12,053 bases of DNA from a virus: UHGV virus genome UHGV-0297898. One strand, written 5' to 3'. Made by a program: the position numbers and the translations under genes. Every line of letters begins with the position of its first letter. Position 1 is the stretch's first letter. This document shows, in pieces, positions 7,470-12,053 of this stretch. The notes under the pieces were generated by a model that made no database searches, was not told the origin of the DNA, and worked only from the letters and a program-made list of their open reading frames with translations.

Positions 7470-9203
7470 TTAAAGCGAGCGGATCCCATAGGACTCAATG
7501 TGGTCAGACAACGTGTCTTCTTTCTCGTACAGCATGGCTCTGCCAACCGCCATAATCAGCGCAACTGCACCATCGATTTTGTTTTCCGCCTGCTCTTTAA
7601 CGGGCTTCACCACATCATCGTTACCCGGAATGGTTTTGCCGACCACGTTGCCGATACACCAGGTCATGATGGGATTGCCATCATGATGAAAGCGCCCCGA
7701 TTCAATTGCCGCTTCCAGCTCTTTCATCGGGTCGGACATGTTGGTGTAGTTCTGAATGATAGTGATGGGGTTCAGGTCTTCATCAGCAAGGTCATGTGAC
7801 AACCCGGTCGCCCCGAAGGGGTCGATGGGTGACTCACTGACCGGGCTGATTTTGTTCGCCGCTTTGGCCTCCTCGAGGATGTAGCGATAATCCACCTCCG
7901 CACCATCGGTAACGGTCAGAACGCCCATTTCCACCCATTTCTGAAAGCGTTCGGCTGTCCGTCGATCTTCATTTTTCTCGACGCTGTACACCGTGTCATA
8001 CGGTACCCAGAAACGCGGGGCCACACTGTAGTAATGCGTTTTACCGTCAATCTCGCGGGTATAAAGTCGCGCCATGCTGTTCATATCCAGCTTACGCGCC
8101 AGGTCAAAGGCCAGAATGCACGGCTGCCCCTCGAACTGCTCAAGGGTCAGTGATTTATCCTCGCAGCTCTGCCAGCTCACCAGGTTGAAATACGCCGAAC
8201 GCGCCGACACCCAGATATTGAGGTGTTTTGTTTTAAAGACGTTTGCCAGACGGGCGTTATTTTTCGCACGCTGCTGCTGACTTAACAAAAATTCGCGATA
8301 AACCGACACGCCAATATTTGGATTGGCTTTTTCCAGCACCTGCGGGTCGGTCCAGTCGTCACCTTCATCAACGGTATAGATGATCCCGAACAGTTCATCG
8401 TTAGGCACCGAGCCGTTGAGCATCTCGATGACTTCCCGCCGTTTGTCGTAGCACGGCCCCTCAATGTTGTACCCGGCGGTAGTGATAGCCCACATCAGTG
8501 GCTGACGTCGCGCCCCCATCCCGGTAAGCATCGTGGTGTAAAGCGCATCTGTGGCGTGCTCGTGATATTCATCCACCACCGCACAGTGGGGTGATGAACC
8601 ATCACCGGGGTTACAGATCAGCGGTTCAAAACGCGCACCATCCTCCGGACGGTTCATGTTTGAGGCGTTAACCTCAATCCCGAACGCTTCCGTCAGCATG
8701 GGTGTGCGTTTACACATCAGTCTTGCCGGACGAAAGACTTCCCATGCCTGTTTCTCCGTCGTGGCACCGGAATACACTTCCGCGCCGAACTCGTTATCAC
8801 AGGCAAAACAATACAGGGCGACACCGGCAGAGATTGCCGATTTGCCGTTCTTACGGGGGATTTCGGTATACACCTCACGGAAGCGGCGCAGCCGGGAGCC
8901 TTTATTGACCCAGCCAAACGCGCAGCAGATCACAAAGAGCTGCCACGGCTCCAGCGTGATGGGCATCCTCTTAAATGCCCACTCACCCTTGGTGTGCGGC
9001 AACAGCTGAATAAATTTCGCGGCCCGTTCAGCCAGGTCCTTGTCGAAGCGGTAACGAAACGACTTACTTTTTTCCTCCATTAGGTCATCAAGATGGCGCT
9101 GGCAGGCCTGAATCACAAACTGGCAGGCCACAATCTTTCCGCGCACGACATCACGGGCATACTGATTGGCAGCATTTACGTTGGGGTAAGATTTCCGGCT
9201 CAT
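7470..9203 (-). CDS. Terminase large subunit
   Basis: 577-aa ORF, ATG at 9203..9201 overlapping the terS stop (ATGA). Contains Walker A-like PRKNGKS and Walker B-like CAVVDEYHE motifs in the N-terminal ATPase region; followed by the portal gene. Confidence 0.9.
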
Positions 9204-9694
9204 GATTCGATGATTTTCAGAAACGGGTTAGTGGCTTTCTTCTGCCCCGCCAGGCCAATCAGACGCTGGCGGCTGCTGGGGTCGAGTCCGAGCATTGCCC
9301 CCGTACTGCTCATCTCGGACTCCTGTTCTTTTTTGGCGGTCAGCTCCGGATTTTTGACCATACCGCCCATTGCACCGGTGATGGTGTTGCCCTGTCTGGC
9401 AATATTTTTCACGGCACGTCGCCAGAACTCGTAGGCCACGCACCACCGCTCAAGCACCGCGAGGTCAGTCACGCACAGCAGGCCCTGACCGCAGAGTTCT
9501 TTAGTTGTCAGTTGCCACATGATCGTAGCGAGAGGGAGATCTTCTTCAGCGAACCACTCCGGTGGCTCAACACCTTTGATGGGCGTAAAAACAGGTTCAT
9601 CTTTATTCAGGGCTCGCTTGCCGGGGTTTCCGGCCAGCGCCTTGCGCGCCGTTGGCTTGGGGCGACGCCCGGAACGCCCCGCCGTTCCAGCCAT
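9200..9694 (-). CDS. Terminase small subunit (P27-family-like)
   Basis: Preferred start is ATG at 9694..9692 (AGGAG SD 8 nt upstream), giving 164 aa beginning [36 protein letters not shown]. The track's start at 9703 is a GTG that lies inside the SD. Basic N-terminus and position upstream of terL fit terS. Confidence 0.8.
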   Translation of the reverse strand: MAGTAGRSGRRPKPTARKALAGNPGKRALNKDEPVFTPIKGVEPPEWFAEEDLPLATIMWQLTTKELCGQGLLCVTDLAVLERWCVAYEFWRRAVKNIARQGNTITGAMGGMVKNPELTAKKEQESEMSSTGAMLGLDPSSRQRLIGLAGQKKATNPFLKIIES

Positions 9695-9730
9695 ATGCGG
9701 CACTCCTGGTTAAATTTCATTTTTCGCGGG

Positions 9731-9800
9731 TATAAAAAAACGATGGGGCGGGCAGTCCGGAAGACGTCAGGCCGCAGGGATTTGACCCGCCCCTCCCCTC
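9731..9800. other. Candidate cos / terminase recognition region: A-tract plus GC-rich 8-bp inverted repeat
   Basis: GGGGCGGG (9745-9752) and CCCGCCCC (9786-9793) form an inverted repeat separated by 33 nt that contains a GACGTC palindrome; an A7 tract lies at 9734-9740. Located in the 125-bp HNH-terS intergenic space, where cos sits in HK97-like phages. The start GGGGCGGGCAG loosely resembles GC-rich lambdoid cohesive ends. Placement is positional inference only. Confidence 0.3.
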
Positions 9801-9819
9801 AGGAAGTTGAGAATCATTA

Positions 9820-10170
9820 TCACTTCAACCGTTCACGGGCCGTCTTCGCCTTATGACACGGCCAGCACAGACTCTGCAGATTACAGTCGGCATCAGTGCC
9901 GCCATGCGCTTTAGGGATGATGTGGTCAACGGTTTTCGCTTCACGCACCACACCGGCACGCAGACATAACTGACATAAACCTTTGTCACGTTTCAGTACA
10001 CGTTCACGGATAGCATCCCATTTCGAACCGTAGCCGCGCTGATGACGGGATTGTCCTGGCTTGTATTGCTTCCAGCCTTCGCTTTTGTGGCTTTCGCAGT
10101 AGCCTGACGGGTCAGTAGTGGTATGGCGGCAGCCGCGAACGCGGCAGGATTTTGGGATTCGTGGTGGCAT
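9820..10170 (-). CDS. HNH endonuclease (terminase-associated)
   Basis: 116-aa ORF, ATG at 10170..10168. Cys-rich N-terminus (CRVRGCRH…CESH) and C-terminal HNH motif DHIIPKAHGGTDADCNLQSLCWPCHKAK. Lies immediately upstream of terS, the arrangement of HNH-dependent cos-packaging phages. Confidence 0.85.
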   Translation of the reverse strand: MPPRIPKSCRVRGCRHTTTDPSGYCESHKSEGWKQYKPGQSRHQRGYGSKWDAIRERVLKRDKGLCQLCLRAGVVREAKTVDHIIPKAHGGTDADCNLQSLCWPCHKAKTARERLK

Positions 10171-10195
10171 TGAAGAAAACTCTTTGTAATAAGCA

Positions 10196-10218
10196 TAAAA
10201 ACCCCATATTGAATGGGG
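10196..10218 (-). terminator. Rho-independent terminator-like hairpin downstream of the moron ORF
   Basis: On the minus strand: CCCCAT-tcaat-ATGGGG followed by TTTTTAT (plus-strand stem 10202-10207 / 10213-10218, A-tract 10196-10201). Sits about 10 nt after the stop of the 168-aa ORF and just upstream of the HNH start. Confidence 0.45.
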
Positions 10219-10227
10219 CTTGATGAA

Positions 10228-10734
10228 TTACTGTCCTAAAGCACTTTTTGCCAATATTGAAGCAATTGAAGCAAACGTCGGATTTTCCAATAGCTTTTGC
10301 CAAAGGCTTTTAACCTCTGGATCATTGCAATGCTCTATAGCATCATGTAGTTGTTGAATGGTTATATTCTTTGTGATCGAATTATCATTACCGGCTTGAA
10401 AATCACCACCAGCATTAATAGCACCGTTAAACGTCAAATGGGTCGTAATCTGCTTCGGCTTCTCTTTTACATCCAATGCCTTCACTATCAATACCGCCAA
10501 ATGTGAGTAGCCAGGGCAACCAACCTCGAGACTAATTTGCACCTCGTAATCAAGCACTTCAAATAGTCTTTCCCTGTCGACCATTTTTTGCACAATGATA
10601 TCGCCGATATTAAATGGGCATAAGTCACTTTCAATAGGAATATACAATCGGCCTTTAGATGAGTCACGTTGACCATAATAGGTGGATGAATTAAAGGTAA
10701 AAGTATCTGGATAGAAAAATTGATCTGGTCTCAT
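10228..10734 (-). CDS. Hypothetical protein (168 aa) encoded in an AT-rich moron island; function unknown
   Basis: ATG at 10734..10732 with weak AAGGGA SD. Protein MRPDQFFYPDTFTFNSSTYYGQRDSSKGRLYIPIESDLCPFNIGDIIVQKMVDRERLFEVLDYEVQ… has no signal peptide or TM segment and no motif I can assign. The gene and its flanks are visibly AT-rich compared with surrounding phage genes, and it has its own promoter-like and terminator elements. Confidence 0.6.
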   Translation of the reverse strand: MRPDQFFYPDTFTFNSSTYYGQRDSSKGRLYIPIESDLCPFNIGDIIVQKMVDRERLFEVLDYEVQISLEVGCPGYSHLAVLIVKALDVKEKPKQITTHLTFNGAINAGGDFQAGNDNSITKNITIQQLHDAIEHCNDPEVKSLWQKLLENPTFASIASILAKSALGQ

Positions 10735-10819
10735 AATAGTCCCTTTTGTGTTTTGTGGATATCTCCATTAATTAGACTATTACTTTATCTCTTTTCCCAA
10801 ATACATACATTCAAAATTA

Positions 10820-10860
10820 AGAGCATTATCACAGATAATTTCGAAGCGATATTGCAATGC
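10820..10860 (-). promoter_or_regulatory. Candidate sigma70 extended -10 promoter for the moron ORF
   Basis: Minus strand reads TGTGATAAT (plus 10825-10833), an extended -10 element, about 90 nt upstream of the moron ATG in a 200-bp AT-rich spacer. A TTGCAA at 10852-10857 is too far (21 nt) to be a canonical -35, so this would act as an extended -10 promoter. Pattern-based only. Confidence 0.3.
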
Positions 10861-10938
10861 CTACCCATGACCTGTATTCAACGAATACGTATCAGAGGAA
10901 TACCTTGTTCGTTATCTACATGACGATAAAAATATACA

Positions 10939-11187
10939 TCAATTTTGATTATCAATGATTCTGATATCTGACTTATCCCTATTACATTGAGCCAACGCGG
11001 ATAACAAACTTACATTCAAATCAAGACTTGCACCATACGTCAGTGGGTTGGGTATAAACGGTACAGGTGTATCAGAAGTCAAGCTGACTGGTAGTGGAGT
11101 CTTCGGAATGCTCACGTAAACTGTTCGCGTACTTCCACAACCGGTCAGCAGCGGCAGCAGGCACAGGGCGTACAGCACAATCATCAT
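10939..11187 (-). CDS. Rz1-like outer-membrane lipoprotein (o-spanin)
   Basis: Internal ATG-ATG at 11187..11182 within the track's longer ORF gives MMIVLYALCLLPLLTGC…, a lipoprotein signal with lipobox LTGC. Mature part is proline-rich (PKTPLPVSLTSDTPVPFIPNPL), typical of Rz1. Starts inside the Rz gene in the +1 frame and runs 133 nt past the Rz stop (overlapped rather than embedded). Confidence 0.6.
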   Translation of the reverse strand: MMIVLYALCLLPLLTGCGSTRTVYVSIPKTPLPVSLTSDTPVPFIPNPLTYGASLDLNVSLLSALAQCNRDKSDIRIIDNQN

Positions 11188-11464
11188 CCGCAACAGCCAC
11201 TTTGATATCAGCCTGGGTTCTCTGTGACTCCAGTGCGATCTGCTGTTTTGCATGCTGGTTAGCCTCCAGAACTGTATTGACGATTTGCAGTGATTGCAGG
11301 ACGTTATTGGTAATAGCGGTTGCCGATTCGGCATTTTGTACAGCCTCATCAGCACGTTTCTTTTCGCGCTGGTATTTGCTGTGGTAGTGGTTAGCTGACC
11401 AGACGAGAGAACCGAATAAAGTCAGGAGGAAAGCAGAAATAACCAGCTTATAGCGAAGTTTCAT
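11072..11464 (-). CDS. Rz-like inner-membrane spanin (i-spanin)
   Basis: Preferred start is ATG at 11464..11462 (MKLRYKLVISAFLLTLFGSLVW…), giving 130 aa; the track's start at 11497 is a TTG. One N-terminal TM helix followed by a charged, coiled-coil-like periplasmic domain; located directly after the endolysin gene. Confidence 0.7.
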   Translation of the reverse strand: MKLRYKLVISAFLLTLFGSLVWSANHYHSKYQREKKRADEAVQNAESATAITNNVLQSLQIVNTVLEANQHAKQQIALESQRTQADIKVAVADDDCAVRPVPAAAADRLWKYANSLREHSEDSTTSQLDF

Positions 11465-11924
11465 TAACCACCCCGCCAGCTTCTTTGAATTTGGCAATCA
11501 GACTATCGATCTTGTGTTCATACTGACCGTAGCCAGCACCGGGCAATGAAGCCCAAATATTGCTGCAACGGTCGATTGCCTGACGAATATTGCCACGGTC
11601 AATCATCGGTAAAGCGCCACGCTCTTTAATCTGCTGCAGAGCTACAGCGTCCTGGCTTTCTGGAGAAAAATCTTTCAGGCCAAGCTGTTTACGGTAAGCA
11701 TCCCACCAGCGTGAAAGAAGCTGGTAACGTCCGGCGGCTGTTGACTTGAGTTTCGGGTTTAGCGTGACAAGTTTGCGAGGGTGATCGGAGTAATCAGTGA
11801 AGAGTTCACCACCGACAATAACGTCATAACCGTGGTTACGTGTCGGTTGTCGTCCGTTATCCGTTCCTTCTGACCAAGCCACCATATCAAGGAAAGCTTT
11901 ACGCTGGGAATTTAGTACCTGCAT
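11448..11924 (-). CDS. R: Endolysin, lambda R-type lytic transglycosylase
   Basis: 158-aa ORF, ATG at 11924..11922. Near-identical over most of its length to phage lambda R as I recall it (…QRKAFLDM.AWSEGTDNGRQ.TRNHGYDVIVGGELFTDYSDHPRKLVTLNPKLKST.AGRYQLLSRWWDAYRKQLGLKDFSP…), differing mainly at the extreme N- and C-termini. Confidence 0.9.
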   Translation of the reverse strand: MQVLNSQRKAFLDMVAWSEGTDNGRQPTRNHGYDVIVGGELFTDYSDHPRKLVTLNPKLKSTAAGRYQLLSRWWDAYRKQLGLKDFSPESQDAVALQQIKERGALPMIDRGNIRQAIDRCSNIWASLPGAGYGQYEHKIDSLIAKFKEAGGVVNETSL

Positions 11925-11927
11925 AAA

Positions 11928-12053
11928 TTACTCCTTAGAGCCACCAAATTTGTTACCGATTACTCGCATTGCAGCCCCACGAATAGCATCGACACCGATC
12001 AGCCCCACCCCACCACCAATGGCAACAGATAGTGATTTAGGCCATCCGACATA
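11928..12053 (-). CDS. Putative holin, C-terminal 41 codons (gene continues beyond window end)
   Basis: Hand translation of the minus strand from the window edge: …YVGWPKSLSVAIGGGVGLIGVDAIRGAAMRVIGNKFGGSKE, stop TAA at 11930..11928, 3 nt before the endolysin ATG. Gly-rich hydrophobic segment followed by a short basic tail and the position immediately upstream of the endolysin fit a holin. Not lambda S-like. Confidence 0.45.
   Translation of the reverse strand, partial: YVGWPKSLSVAIGGGVGLIGVDAIRGAAMRVIGNKFGGSKE

Noticed and set aside
9694-9703. terS start at 9703 as given in the ORF track
   Set aside because: The codon is GTG and sits inside the AGGAG Shine-Dalgarno that serves the ATG at 9694.
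9745-9793. GC-rich inverted repeat read as an intrinsic terminator between HNH and terS
   Set aside because: The arms are 33 nt apart, too large a loop for a typical intrinsic terminator, even though a T7 run follows on the transcribed strand. Kept as a cos candidate instead, with the terminator reading not fully excluded.
10720-10923. 67-aa plus-strand ORF in the AT-rich spacer upstream of the moron gene
   Set aside because: Lies in an AT-rich intergenic region where stop-free frames arise easily, has a hydrophobic low-complexity translation, and overlaps the putative moron promoter. More likely non-coding.
11464-11497. Longer Rz ORF starting at 11497 as given in the ORF track
   Set aside because: The codon at 11497..11495 is TTG, and the extension overlaps the endolysin 3' end by 50 nt. 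The ATG at 11464 begins directly at the membrane helix and is the more conventional start.
1-12053. tRNA genes, CRISPR arrays, integrase or attachment sites
   Set aside because: No cloverleaf-like conserved tRNA segments, no regularly spaced direct repeats, and no recombinase ORF were seen. The window appears to be entirely within the late structural/lysis region.

Overview
This window is the late region of an enterobacterial-type temperate phage or prophage, with every gene on the minus strand (transcribed right to left). In that order it holds: the 3' end of a putative holin, a lambda-R-like endolysin, Rz/Rz1-type spanins, an AT-rich moron island with one orphan ORF, an HNH endonuclease, small and large terminase subunits, a small membrane ORF, an HK97-family portal, prohead protease and major capsid, a connector / head-closure / gp10-like neck set, then tail sheath, tail tube and the start of a tail assembly chaperone. 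The phage therefore combines an HK97-like head with a contractile tail. Three things stand out. First, a roughly 145 bp segment inside the protease gene appears inverted: the conserved protease C-terminal motif is encoded on the plus strand, yet the minus-strand ORF stays open across it. Second, the AT-rich island at about 10180-10940 carries a 168-aa protein I cannot place, with its own promoter-like and terminator elements; this is the best candidate for an undescribed accessory function. Third, a GC-rich inverted repeat between the HNH and small terminase genes is a candidate cos site. All protein-family calls are from reading the translations, not from database searches; start codons were checked by hand and several differ from the ORF track, which evidently allows GTG/TTG starts.
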